Source of the DNA: Eledone cirrhosa
Lineage: Eukaryota
Assembly: GCA_964016885.1 (NCBI GenBank)
Contig: OZ024751.1
Span: 8,308,001-8,372,000, forward strand
Direction: 5' to 3'
Length of the DNA: 64,000 nucleotides
Both the position numbers and the translations under genes were made by a program. The notes beneath the pieces are model-generated. The model saw only the letters and a program-made list of their open reading frames with translations, ran no database searches and was not told the DNA's origin. Below are positions 12,563 to 26,790 of the stretch, piece after piece (position 1 is the stretch's first letter; every line of letters starts with the position of its first letter).

Positions 12563-13416
12563 TTAGCACTATACGCGGTAAAACATTTAAATCAACATTC
12601 TAAAACGTCTTAACACTTCCATCGTGGTAGCGCCATAACAAACATATATAGATTGTTGTACAGCAGTGTTTGACAGATCGGTTACTTATTTATAAACTGA
12701 TTCCAGATTCAGAAACATTGTATTTCTTTCGATATTCTTGTTTTCATTCCTATCTTTAAAAAAAAACGTTCTATTTATACAGACGATGTCTGGAAACACG
12801 ATTTGAAAGCAGACAAGTAAACTAGCGTCTTGAAATAACCAATCTAAAATATTAGAAATGCTACCGAGCAAAATTACACTCATGTATCTACTATTTAGAA
12901 ATAAAATCATTAATACTTTGATTTTTTTTCTCTCTGTAATTTAACAATGAGATAGTTAAAGATACATTTCGTGACCCAGGAGACATTAACCAGTGAACGT
13001 ATGATCTATAGTAGAATGAACGAACTGAAGAATAATAGAAAATAAATAACATAGGCAAACAATACATCACTCATAAACATTTATGTACCTAAAATGTCAG
13101 TCACTATCTTATGTTTTCGAGGAAATGTTTAATATATTTAGTTTTTCATTAGAGATGGCTGGTTCATTTCATGTCCACATTGTCAAGGTACATTCATAAA
13201 AATACAGAGATTTACCATTGAAAAGAAAAAGATAAATAAGAAAATGTGTTAAAGGCATATTTCCTTTTTTCCTTTACCTGTGAAAGGAAGTTAAGTTGTA
13301 CTTTCGAAAGTATTTAAATATTAATAAATCTGGAAAATATTTTTCCTGTAGAGTGCTTCCAATCTACTGTAAAACTCATTCTTTGATGTACTCATTGAAT
13401 CTTGTTTAACTCATTA

Positions 13417-13449
<33 letters not shown>

Positions 13450-13567
13450 GTCTATGGGTGTGCGTTTGTGTGTGTTGTATATATATATATTCACTCAGAC
13501 CTATAATACACATATGTGTGTATGTTCTTTTTAATATACACACAGAGACACATACACACACGCGCAC

Positions 13568-13678
<111 letters not shown>

Positions 13679-14820
13679 GTTAATGAGTATTGAGGATTGT
13701 TTCAACATATGAGGTCTCTTCATAGCGGAATGGTTAATCTATGGGTATCAGATTAATTACCGTTACTTATAATTGCCATGCTCATCTATGTTATGGTATT
13801 TAATGTATTTAATCCCTAATTATTCAACTTCCAAAGAAGGAAATAATTAACGTAGAACGATACAATAGCCTAAGAATGAAAGGAAATTAAACATTAAGAT
13901 AACACGTTATCTAGATTGAGGTGTGACAATAGAATCATCTCTTTCATATCAAACATGATACATAATTTAAAGAAAATAAATGACTGTATTACAGGTGTGT
14001 AATGACACGAAGGTGTAACTATTTTTTTTATCTCATAACCGAATTCCAAATGTGCTAACAAACAGGGAATGGAAAGTTCTATATTTTTATTAATCTAATT
14101 TCCGCTTTAAGAGAAATTAGGAAAGCAGTTGAGGTGAAATTGTAGAGTAAGAAAGATGTATGAAGGAAATTGTAGCACTAGTATGAAAATACATTAATGA
14201 AATATCACTATATATATTCTTGTATGATTGATAACATTCGGATGAATACTTTTCCAACAACATTTAAACAGGGATGACTCTACATGGCTAACGGTCATAT
14301 TCGAAATAGTAGTCAGAAATATCCACATCTCAAAATATTGACTGAAAGCAGTAATGACATAGGGTTGAATACTAATACTATAACTCCGTCGTCTAGAGAA
14401 AAAATATGATAGTCACAGCTGAAGAACATTTGACTATAGCTCTACTTGATTAGATATCACCTGAGATTAAGGAAAAACAAGAACCAAAATCAGCATGGAC
14501 TAATGAAAGTTTACGCTTTGCAAACATTTTTCATGGTGAGTTTTATGTAAGGAATGTATGTGCTAGATGTATTGAAGCAACATATATTTGCAATTAAGCT
14601 TTCCATTTTACATAATATAGGCTTTGTACACAGAAAACATATGAGGCATATATAAATATATACATAGAGCAGAGCATAATTGCAAAAGAAATAATTCTAG
14701 ATTTCCCTCTGCCTATGTTCATTAAATGTCAAACTGAGAAAAATATATCTATATATTTTTTTGAGATTTGATCTCTGTACGTCGCATCGCAAATGACACA
14801 ACTAATAGTGCAACAATATA

Positions 14821-15010
14821 AATAATAATTGTTTCTACATTTGGCACAAAGCAAGTAATTACCCAGTGCATTACATGTACTTTATTTTATCAAACTAGTA
14901 AGGATGAAAGGCAAAGTAAACCTCGGCGGGATTTCAACTCAGAATGGCAAGGACCGTAACTCTATACGACAAAACACGGCGTCCGACCCTCTACCGATAC
15001 TGCCAATCCA
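14821..15010 (-). mobile_element. tRNA-derived SINE (Deu/Nin-type core)
   Basis: Matches 533-724 along its length. Confidence 0.85.
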
Positions 15011-15201
15011 ATAATGGTTTCTATTATAGGCACAAGACCACCAATCCTGGGGAGGGGAATGTCGATTAAATCGACACCAGTGTGTGACTGGTGCTTTATT
15101 ATATCAACCCAGTAAGGATGAAAGGTGAAGCTCACCTCGGCGGGTTTTGAACTCAGATCGTAAAGGGCTCTACGTGTATGCTGTAAAGCATATTGTCTGA
15201 C
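15011..15201 (-). mobile_element. tRNA-derived SINE, longer subfamily
   Basis: Same core plus an extra gtcgattaaatcgac hairpin segment; directly abuts the preceding SINE. Confidence 0.75.
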
Positions 15202-15727
15202 ATGACAACGTATAGAGTGTTGTTGGAGATGCTTATTTGCATATAACAAAGCAGACATTCTCAGCTGCAAATGGTAAGTTGTTTATATTACAGCATTAGC
15301 CAGTCATATTTAATTGGCGATAGCACTATGACAACGTTTAAGCAAAATAGAGGCGTATATGAAAACTTATGAGTAGCCATGCTGCCAAAAATAATAATAT
15401 AATTTCGTAACGAAACCAAACGAAATTGCTTATATGTTTCCTATTTTCGTCGGTGAATATATCACCGAGTTGCCAGTAAGTTCCGGGAAACTATTAAAGT
15501 ATTATTATGGTCATTTGCCTTGCGATATACATATTTCGAATATATGCACAGATACATACATGCATGCATACACATATAAACCTTTATGTGTGTTTAAGCT
15601 CCAGAACCGACTAAACATGCATGTATATATACATATATCAAAGGTATATATTGAGTTAGAAACTCAAAATAGTCTCTTACAATAAAATAGCTCTAGGAAA
15701 GAGATTTTTCGGAGCCGTATATTATAA

Positions 15728-16453
15728 TCTATATATATAAAGCTGTGGTTGTCTATCGATATTTGGAACACATCTCCTCTTAGAATCTCTGACGGAATTG
15801 CACCGAAATTGCTATACTTGTACAATGAGACCTAGCGAAGACATCGGAAAAAAAATATTTCAAATTGACCCACCCTATGTGACGAAATCGAATCTAATGT
15901 ATCGATTTTTGAGCGTAAGTGACGAGTTATTTCCCTTTAAAGCTGTGGTTGTCTGTCTGTCTATCGATTTTTGGCACACATCTCCTCTTAGAATCTCTGA
16001 CGGAATTGCGCCGAAATTGCTATACTTGTACATTGAGCCCTAGCGAAGACATCGGAGAAAAAATATTTCAAATTGACCCACCCTATGTGACGAAATCGAA
16101 TCTAATGTATAGATTTTTGAGCGGAAGTGACGAGTTATTTCCCTTTGTTCTGTTTACATTGAGCGTCTTACGTTGTTTTTCTCTGCGTTGCAGTGTTTAC
16201 ATTTTCGATCTTTGTTAATAAATAACCAGTGCAGTTTTTATCCCCAGCATCCTCTTTTGTTATAACATTCGGGTTATCGTTATGTTTTCTTAACTTCATA
16301 AGGCATATTGTTGGTTGGGGGAATATTAATCAAAAACACCACATGCAAGTCTGCACAGTAGACACTACAGTTTTTAAGCCAAAAAAGAAATTTACATTGT
16401 AACTTTAACACAGCTACTGAAAGACCCCGAGCAACGCCGGGCTTTACTGCTAG
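15728..16453 (+). mobile_element. Non-autonomous Helitron with internal ~205-bp tandem duplication
   Basis: 5' a|TCtatatatataaagc; 3' hairpin cccgagcaacgccggg (16426-16441) then CTAG|t; AT insertion site, no TSD. Confidence 0.85.
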
Positions 16454-16650
16454 TTGAATATAAAACAAAAACGAACATAGATATATACATATATGTGTTC
16501 AAATCGTAAGGGATCAGATTCGCTAAGGTGAAAATAATACTAACTAGAGACAATAAGGTTTGCCAGAGTCAATTTAAGAATAAATCAAGAAAATTAATAC
16601 AAACCAAAATTATGGTAACTACCAATCAACCAGACAGCTTTGGTCAGCTG

Positions 16651-17152
<502 letters not shown>

Positions 17153-17168
17153 TAATATATATATATAT

Positions 17169-20100
17169 AACGGAAGTCGAGCGATTCGTGCGACGCACTA
17201 AGCTACAGGCACATTTCAGCCGAACGCCACCGGCTCCGGACGCCCCAGACCCGTTTCTCGCCCTGGGCCGACGACCATCTTCTTGGACGCCGGCCCCAGG
17301 GCAATTTAGCACCCTGGACGCCTTCTACGATGCCAGCCGTAGCGCAGTAAATCGTTTCGACTTCCGCCACCGTTCCAAACGGCACAATATCTCACGGGGA
17401 GAACTCCTCGCTCTCCGCTCCCTCCGTAGCCGATATGACATCGTCATCAAACCGGCGGACAAGGGAGGCGCCGTGGTGGTAAGGCGCGCGGACCTCTACA
17501 CGGCCGAAGCCCTCAGGCAGCTCTGTAATCCCCTCTTTTACCGCCCTCTACCTTCCGATCCCACCCCCCTCTACCAACAACAAGTCTCCTCCACCATCAA
17601 AGACCTTATCGCCTCCTCTCTCCTCCCCCCCACCGCTTCCCACCTCATCGTCCGCACCCCCCGCACCCCCACCATCTACTTACTCCCCAAACTCCACAAA
17701 CCCGACAACCCCGGCCGCCCCATGTCTCCGCTTGCAACTGACCCACCGAACTCATCTCCGCCTTTCTCGACTCCCTCCTCGCCCCCCTTTGTCACAACCC
17801 TCCCCTCCCACATCTCCGACACCAACCACGCCCTGCGCCTTTTCGACACCTTCACCTACCCACCTGGCCCTCAGCCATTCCTCTTCACCCTAGACATCAA
17901 GTCCCTCTATACAGTCATCCCCACGCCGACGGCCTTCGCGCCCTCAAACACTACCTCGACCTTCGACCCTCCCCCATTCCCTCCACCCCCACCCTCCTTC
18001 GCCTCGCCGAGCTGGTCCTCACCCTAAATTGTTTCTCCTTCTCGGGTGAGTTTTACCAACAAGTCACGGGGGTAGCCATGGGAACAAGAATGGGCCCGAA
18101 CTATGCCAACCTTTTTGTTGGCCATGTTGAGGCCCAAATCTTTGCCCAGTACACCGGCCCCACGCCCGAACTGTACGGTCGTTACATTGACGACTGTATC
18201 GGAGCCACGACCCTCACCCGTGAACAGCTCGACTTCTTTCTCTCCTGCTTCTGCTCCTTCCACCCCTCCCTCCACTTCATCATCTCTATCTCCACCACCC
18301 ACGTCCACTTCTTAGACATCTCCGTCGCCATCGACCCCTCCCACCACTCCCTCGTCACCTCCGCCTTCTTCAAACCCACCGACTCCCACTCTTACCTCGA
18401 CTTCACCTCTTCCCACCCCACCCACACTAAACTCTCCATTCCCTACTCCCAACTTCTCAGGATCCGCCGCCTCTGTAGCCGTGATGCTGACTTCGAGTCC
18501 CAGGCCCTTTCCCTAGTCAGCCATTTCATCCGCAGAGGTTACTCCCCCTCTCTCGTCTACACCGCTCTCACCCGCGCCCGTGCTATCCCCCGCTCCACCA
18601 CCCTCACCCCACCCCACGCCACCGCACACCCACCCACCGTCTCCCCTTTCCCATCACCTACCACCCCTCCACCTCACCCCTCCACCGCACAATCCGCCGC
18701 CTCTTCCGACGCCTCCAGTTCGACCCCTCCACCTCCCACATCTTCCCAACCCCACCACTCCCCTCCTTCAAACGCGCACGCAATCTTCGCACTCTCCTTG
18801 TCCACAGCTCCCTACCCCCTAACCCACGCTCTGGTCCCCCCCGGTTCCTTCCCCTGTTCTAGGCCCCGCTGCAACACTTGTCCCCACATCACCAACACCA
18901 CCACCTTCCAGGGTCCCAACGGCCACTCTCTCTCGGTCCGGCATGCCTTCCGCTGCACCTCCTCCAACCTAGTCTACGGACTTCGCTGCACGGAGTGCAG
19001 CGCGACGTATGTCGGACTGATGGGACGTCGCCTGGCGGACCGAGTCACGGAGCACCTCCGGGACATTCGTCTCGGGGGCAGTTCCCCCATCGCCCGCCAC
19101 TTTGGTGGCCTGGACACTCCGCACGCCATCTCACAGTCTGTGGCCTACTCCAGTGCCACGGAACACCCGCCCATCGCCTTACGGTCGAACAACGCACTAT
19201 CTTCATCTTACAGACCCACACTCCCCCCGGCCTGAACTCCCCACCCTTATTCCTTTAGCGTTCGACCGCCCCCCTCCCCTCACACTTATCCCCCACTAAC
19301 ACCACTAACACACCCCTCCTTTTCACCGCTCACCCCACACTAACAATACTAACACCTCCACTCCTCCCCTCATCTGACCACCCTTCCCCAACTAACATAC
19401 TAACATCCCTTCCCTCCCCTCTTCTCCTCCTCCCCCTCCCTATCACACGCACATACGCACCCACTTACACCACCCACCCCACACGCAACTAACATCACTA
19501 ACACCCCCCAACCCCACGCACATGTACCCACACACCCTCGTACACCACCAACTCTACACACCCTACCACCACTAACCCCCACTCACACCTGCTTTCCACC
19601 CCTCCCTACCTCCCTTATACTAACACCCACTAACACCTCTTCACCAAACTACACACACACCAGTACACCACACTCCCTCCATAGAACCACACACACCCTT
19701 CTCTCCCCGCTTCACCCACACCCCCGCTCCACACTCACTCATCCCACTAACACCCCTACTAATACACACACACACACCCTCCTCACCCCAAGTCTCACAC
19801 CTACCCATCCTCGCCTCCCTACCATTCCACCGACTGCTGCTATGCCCTTCCGACCACCTCTCAGCACCAACTGACCACAGAACTCCCACTGCTGACCACT
19901 TCCTGTTGCGCGCGTACCCCACATCTCTCCTCTTTCGACCACCGCTTCTTGGATTACCCACACGCGAAATTGACTTCTAACCAAATCTCCAAACATCCTT
20001 GGAAATTACCAACTTTTCAACCATCCTCTTATGCCATCCCCTATATAACTCACCCACACACACACACCCAAACAATTTTTTTTCTCCACACGCCACCCAC

Positions 20101-20745
20101 ACCCACAACCCGCTTAAACCACACACACGTGCTTCCCACCACATATTTACACCCTCAGCCTCCTGATTCCTCTCCCCCCACCCCCCTATCCACGCACGCA
20201 CAGACACTCCGACGCACAAAAACACCCCCCACACACACCTCTTGCTGAACATGCAACCCCGTTCTTCCCCCAACCCTCACTTTCACATACACACACACAC
20301 ACACACCCGCACACCTAACCACACACACCACCTTCAGCCCTCCCCGCTCGGACAACCCGTGTCCCTCTCCCCACTCCACCCGCCACCACCCCTACTCACC
20401 CCACACCCTTCCACCACCTGTTTACCCCCCTTTTAATTTCAGTTTATTTTGATCATGCCTTTATTTTTAAATGTTCCCATTCCTTGTATTTTGATCATGC
20501 TTTATTTTTATTTATTATATTTTTTGTCTTTATTTGTTAATTTTTCATTCGCACCGTTTCCTTTCGCTATATGTCTCTCCGCCGCTCCCCTACACACCTT
20601 TTGAACTCTGTTCCCACACACTTCTCACCTGAAGAAGGGCTTATGCCCGAAACGTCGTCCCCCACCTACCCCCCACTCTCCTGAGCGTGAATTTAATAAA
20701 GATTTATTGTACTGCCTCTCTGTTCTGTCCCTGTTCAAATTTTTC

Positions 20746-20748
<3 letters not shown>
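17169..20748 (+). mobile_element. C-rich Neptune-type PLE, 5'-truncated, frameshifted
   Basis: IKPADKGGAVVV, LDIKSLYT, AMGTRMGPNYANLF, RYIDD, CSRPRCNTC, CTSSNLVYGLRC..C...YVG; ~1.5-kb C-rich 3' UTR; (TA)n on both sides. Confidence 0.92.
20629..20659 (+). ncRNA. Minimal hammerhead core in PLE pLTR
   Basis: CTGAAGA a gggc ttat gccc GAAA CGTCG TC; identical at 41928-41958 and 44815-44845 (minus strand). Confidence 0.7.
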
Positions 20749-20793
<45 letters not shown>

Positions 20794-20800
20794 CATACAT

Positions 20801-22169
20801 ATTAAAAACACACTTATCAGCAGAAACTACCCACCATCCCTAATCAACGTGACCTAAAACTAGACATCCAGGAACTCAGACACCCCAAACTCAGGAATGA
20901 ACCGCAACAAAAAACTCTACCCCACACAACCCCCTCAACAATGAGGCATTTGACACCATCCTCCAGAACATTCCTTTACTAAAAAGTGACCCAAGAATGA
21001 ACACAATCCTCCAAACACACAACATACAAAAGCAAAAGACAACCTAAATCCATAAAAAACATCCTCACACAAGCCAAAATCCAACAAACCAACTCAAGAA
21101 CCCTACAGTAACAAAATGCGAAGAGCCCAACTGTGGCATATGCATAAATCTAATAGAAGGTTCAACATTCCATTTGAAACAAGGACAGCGATTCACAGTT
21201 AAACACAACTTTACGTGTGCACCTGAAAACCTAATCTATGTTTTGACCTGCTCAGGATATCAAGAGCAATACATAGGACAGACAAAAAACAGCCTGCGTC
21301 AACGTATGACCGTGCATAAATCACAAATTAAAATGCAGGAATACAGAAAGATTGCATTTAGTGAACATATCGCCAATTGTTCTCACAACCAACGTCCAAA
21401 CTTTAAAATTTTCCCCATTTACAAATTCATAGACAACGCTACTTTCATCCAACGTACCAATAAGGAAACATATTTCATTCACAAATTCCAACCTCTACTT
21501 AATGCTTTAAAAATCGGACCAATCAAAAACTGCAACACACAATCACACATTTACAAGAGTTACCTCCCTCACACCCTACCTAATCCTTTTTCTTAAATAA
21601 ATTAAAAATCATCCAGCAAAAATTGCTTCCCCTGCATATTAACTCTCTAAAAAGGGAAATCATATCAAACCTCTGTCCACCATTTGCCTCCATCATGGAA
21701 TTAAGGATCAACTAAGCACTCTTACTATATTAACACATTTTAATCTGCTTAACTTCAAGAACTATGCCTGTAAATAACATTATTTTTTCTTCCACATTGA
21801 CTTGTTATGCTCTACATTATGGCCGTTTTTTTCTTTGCTTCTTTTTTCTTTTAACTTCATAAACCTTGTTTGTAAATAACATTATTCTTTCTGCACCTTC
21901 TCTTTAACATGTGTGACACCACACTAATACATTTCACTATCATTTGATAATGCATAAAAATGCTGAAACCGGTAATAGACAATTATTAAATATATAAATA
22001 GATAATAAATGCCATTTTTAAATAATAAATAAATCACCTAATACCTTAACACTTCACACAAAGTAAAACATTTCGTTTTAATCATTTTCTAACCAAGAAA
22101 AAAGAGAAAGAGCAACAAAAAAGGAAAGTAATATATTGTTCTCCCTAATAATTGTCTCCTTCTTCCTGT

Positions 22170-22175
<6 letters not shown>
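20801..22175 (+). mobile_element. 5'-truncated copy of the AT-rich Neptune-type PLE (thumb, GIY-YIG, pLTR)
   Basis: Homologous to 793-2188 in reverse orientation; ORF 21174-21596 has NFTCAPENLIYVLTC..YIGQT..LRQRM. Confidence 0.9.
21937..21978 (+). ncRNA. Hammerhead-like motif, U3-A8 variant
   Basis: ctatcat TTGATAA t gcat aaaa atgc t GAAA CCGG TA atag. Confidence 0.6.
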
Positions 22176-22207
<32 letters not shown>

Positions 22208-22855
22208 TATTTAGGTTCATACACGGAACAAAAGCGGCACTTAAGGTCTCAAGGCCCAATCGTGTCTATATCCCCAGAAATATAAGCCGGATCAAAATTA
22301 GGGATCAATATTGGGCCTTGAAACCTTAGGTACAGGTTTTGTTCTGGAAATAAACAGGAATAACTAATGTAATATTTCGGCGCTCTTCCCAATCGAACGC
22401 TGCTTTTATTTTTTCCTTTTTCACACCTCTGAATATTGCTATATATACATATACATACTACAACACACCCATACACTCACATACTCACACATATATATGC
22501 AGCGTGATCCTCTTCTCCTCCCTTGATTACATGTTTTATTTTTTTATATCCTTTATTCTTTATTTGTATCTGTATTTTCTGCAACAACGTGATTGTTGAT
22601 TAACTTAGGGTGTTACTCGCTATCCGTGATAATTAATGTATTAATATCCCTTTGATATAGTCAATTATCACTGAATACATAATTTACTTCAATGAAAAAT
22701 TATGGCGGACTCTTTTCAAAGTATCCACACCTCTTGATTACCATTATATTCCGGCATGAAACAAGTTAAATGATAGTTGTAGAATAATTAACAAATATTA
22801 TTGCTAGCAATATGTACATGCAATTCCCGTTAGTGAGTGTTCATTGTGGCTACTA

Positions 22856-22945
22856 TCCTTAGTAAAATAAGAAATATTCATAACATGTTACTGTTTCTAC
22901 AATCCTTAGTAAAATAAGAAATATGTATAACATGTTACTGTTTCT
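22856..22945. repeat. ~46-bp tandem duplication
   Basis: atccttagtaaaataagaaatat..ataacatgttactgtttct present twice. Confidence 0.85.
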
Positions 22946-23410
22946 GGATCGGAAATATCGTTTGAGCGTCAAACAATATGTTTTGTGGCATATATTTACG
23001 GCCCTTTACGTTCTTAGTTCACCGAGTTAAACATTGTTTTTCATCCTTACGGGGTCGAAAATATAAAGTAACATTTAAATACTGGGGTCTATTTAATCGA
23101 ATCGCGCCCATCCCACCCACCCAACCATCACCAAAAAACAGATTGATTTGTACCTAAACAAATAAACTATTATATTACTACTTCTCTTTTAGTATGGTAT
23201 ATTGGCTGCACCGATATAGCGTCTGAAAACCTGCTTTGCGGCATTGGGCTACGAGTTTAGGTTGTGAATTCAAATCCTGTCGACGTTACTTATGACTTTC
23301 ATAATAATGAGTTAGATAAGATAAAGTACAAGTGACGTATTGGAGATCGATAATCGACTTTCCACTCCCTTCAAATTGTTGGCCTTGTGCCAAATGTAAC
23401 AACAATTATT
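22946..23410 (+). mobile_element. Two degenerate tRNA-derived SINE copies in tandem
   Basis: tttcatccttacggggtcga core near 23040; gaattcaaatcc and ttggccttgtgccaaatgtaacaacaattatt near 23270-23410. Confidence 0.65.
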
Positions 23411-24518
23411 TTTCCTACTTCAACATTTACGGTTAAAACAAATAGTGTTAATACTTCTACTACTGTTACCGCTGCTACTACTACTACTACTACTACTAAT
23501 GTTAGTACTACAAATAACAATAAAAGAAAGGAACTGATGTTTGTGTCCATAAGACATCTGTATAACAACTGATTGTAAAATGTGTGTAACATAAAATGTT
23601 GCCTCAAGGTGTTAGTTTGACACTCGGCATGGTTTGAAACAGAAACAGAATTTGAAGGAAGTTTCAAATAATAATAATACCAACGACATCATGTTCTGAA
23701 CGGTTGACGATTCATGTGTTTACTGGATTCATATGTGTATATTGCACCATTTAAAATTGGTCCACTACATATATTAAGAGACTTCGCTGCATCGTTGTGT
23801 TCCAAGCAAGAATCTATGTAATTAGGCCAGTCATGTTTCAACCCAATGCCACTTAAGTATATGTTATATACTTCATTATCAATATGTTGGTGAAACAGTA
23901 TTGCTTTTGCATTTCACATTTTAAAAATATTTTTCTCTACTCTAATCAATTATCAGTATATATTAATTACAAATCTGCATTCATGAGTTTTACATCGAAT
24001 AATAATATTCGATATGTTTGGGATCTGTTTTATCGATGACCAACACTATCATTATTTATTACCATTAACAGTGAAAGAAAGGCGAAGTTATCTAAAGCAA
24101 GATAGCGTAATGAGGCTGTTTGCTAACAAACGGATCGAATATTATCATTATTTTCTATAAAATTCTCAAATGCATTTACGTATCCGCTATGTTAGAGCAA
24201 AAAACGAAATTCTAATTTTTTTTTTTTTTTTAATTAATATCCTATTTTATTGATTCTGTCAATCATACGTATGAGGACATAATCATCGGGATGCAGTTTA
24301 GTTGTTTTAGACTTTCTGTACTTCCATTTTATGTTTATAATGTTCTAGTGCCGTTCTATTTGTATGTGGGATGCGCATTTGTTACGGATGTCTGCTTAAT
24401 AATTGTTTCTTTATTTATTAAATACGAGTACAACCCATCTCTATTATGTCGGTAACATTCACACACAAAACACACGCGCACACAGGCAGATAAATAAAAA
24501 TATAGTATATATAATATA

Positions 24519-24627
<109 letters not shown>

Positions 24628-24642
24628 ATATATATATGTGTA

Positions 24643-24697
<55 letters not shown>

Positions 24698-24879
24698 GTG
24701 ACAGATAAGTGTCATGGTTTTTTCTTAAAGCCAGTGCTAGCATGTCTATATGGTGAGGGACACACACACAGCCACACCAACACACACATAAACATATACT
24801 GCAGACACACACTCACACATACACACATTTTCCTTTCACACATCTTGCACTTAAAAATAACATTAACGTATGTTTGAAA

Positions 24880-25305
24880 ACTATTGTACATATAATATGA
24901 ATCAAACTATTTCAAATAAACACTTGACCCTCAATAAATAGAAACACATCCCCTTCGTTATAGGGAAATGTTGTTACTGAAAGTTAGCAATATGACTTTC
25001 ATTCTCACATCATAAAGGATTCATCTCTTTTTCTCTCTCTCGCACTCCATCTCGCTGTATTTTTTCTCAACAACTTTTCACTCCTCACGTTAAATGCGAT
25101 GGCGACAACATTCTTGCTATCTATTTAGTTTTCACACAAACGCATACTCCCTCTCTGTGCTTCTCTCTCTCACACTCTCTCACTCTATTTCTCTCTCAAC
25201 AACCACAACAACATCTCATTTTAGTGAAATTCTTTTCTTAATATCTGTCATTACTTTCATTCTCACTTCATAAAGGATCCATCTCCCCATCAGAGATACA
25301 CACAT

Positions 25306-25341
<36 letters not shown>

Positions 25342-25482
25342 TTCTCTCTCTCCTACTCTTTCTCTCTCTCTCAACAATAACTATATTTCATTCCTCACCC
25401 TTTTCCGTCCTTCTACATATATATATATTGTGACGGACAGACAGACAGACGAAAACATAACTTCTCTTTTTTTAATATAGAT
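24880..25482 (-). mobile_element. Probable degenerate Helitron-type element
   Basis: Minus-strand start a|tctatattaaaaaaaagagaagttatgttttcgtctgtctgtctgtcc resembles the Helitron 5' end at 15728; internal duplication ~24995/25252; 3' CTAG not found. Confidence 0.4.
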
Positions 25483-25669
25483 TGTTATAACACATTACAC
25501 TTCAGTAGCATTATAATGTTATAGATTACACAACACCGTGTTTGGTCACGTTTATCACCAATAATTGTTTAAACTATTCAATTTGACATGGATTGGTTAT
25601 CGTTATTTTGGTGTTTGTGGATTGGTTATCATTTATATGGCCTTGTGCCAAAAGTAGAAACAATTATTT

Positions 25670-26790
25670 TGGATTTTTGAGGGAACCATATTAGTAAAAA
25701 TGCGCATATACACTATATCCTTGTACCCGAGAGTTTTTAAAGTGCACAATGATATATATATTGTCAAATGTTATTGTTTCCTCTAGACAGTGTGATAATG
25801 TTGCCTTTCTTCAGTATATTCCGTTTATATATTGGATATAGTTGCCTTTTCTTAAATAGATTTTTTTCCTTTGGGAAACTATATGATTCTTACATATAAT
25901 GTCAGTCATGAGATAAATATTGTTTTCGTCTGTTTATGTTCATTAACATACACAGTATTTAATTCAATGTGTTTAACATTATTTGTTCTCTTGTTTGCTG
26001 ATATTTTTATCACTTCCTCTAGAACTAACATATTATTGCCAATTTATTTGGTTTGTGTTCTTTATAATATATCATTGAATGAGTTGTTTTTCTCGTTCTG
26101 TCCATTCACAAGTTTACATTTTTTAACGAAAAACTTCTTTTAAAAAACCACAGGTTGTGGCGTACATTAGTTTATTTCTATCTGTAATATCTAACTCACT
26201 TATTTGACTTTCGATAACATCTAATGCATTGTGTGTTTCTTTCATAAAGATTGTATTTTTCTGCTTAAATTCTATCATGCTACAGTGAGATTTGTGTTGG
26301 ATTAATATAGATGTTACTTCAAATTTCCATTTACTTTTTATACATAACACTTTCTAGTTTATTGCATTTGCTTGCTTCATTCAGTACTAAAGTACTTTCC
26401 TTGCTAATACTAGTAGATTTACACTTGATATATTTCTTTTTCTTTATTTCCTGTCTTATGTTATTGAAGTTATGTTCTACTGTGAAGTTGTCTGCGAAGA
26501 GAGGTTTATTGTCCTTCAGGATTTCTCTTACACTTTATCTTCATCCACAATTATTGTATTTTTTAATTTATTTTCGTTCGTTTGATAACATTATTCTTTT
26601 GATTTGCTGTCTTATTTCGGGATTATTTTCGCCATAGGTAGTAGGCTTGTTTTGTGATTTTACTCAGGAGGCGGAGGGGACCTAGATAAAGCTGTAAAGT
26701 AGGCATTGATAACTTGTAAGCATACGATTCTTATCCATGCTTTTAATGCGTGTTTCGATTGTAATTATTTTCTTCAGATGTGAGTATTTT
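25670..26790 (-). mobile_element. Decayed 5' region of a PLE related to the element at 731-5972
   Basis: Degenerate hammerhead CTGAAGA..atcGAAACACGC at 26745-26782, followed by an A-rich frame resembling NKAEIYEKW..LPRKL of ORF 4663-5025. Confidence 0.45.

Noticed and set aside
13690-13730. Minus-strand atgaagagac..gttgaaac hammerhead-like string
   Set aside because: C3 is missing and stems I and III do not pair
15738-16218. Repeated ORFs or CRISPR-like array
   Set aside because: Two-unit tandem duplication inside a Helitron; no repeat-spacer structure; eukaryotic context
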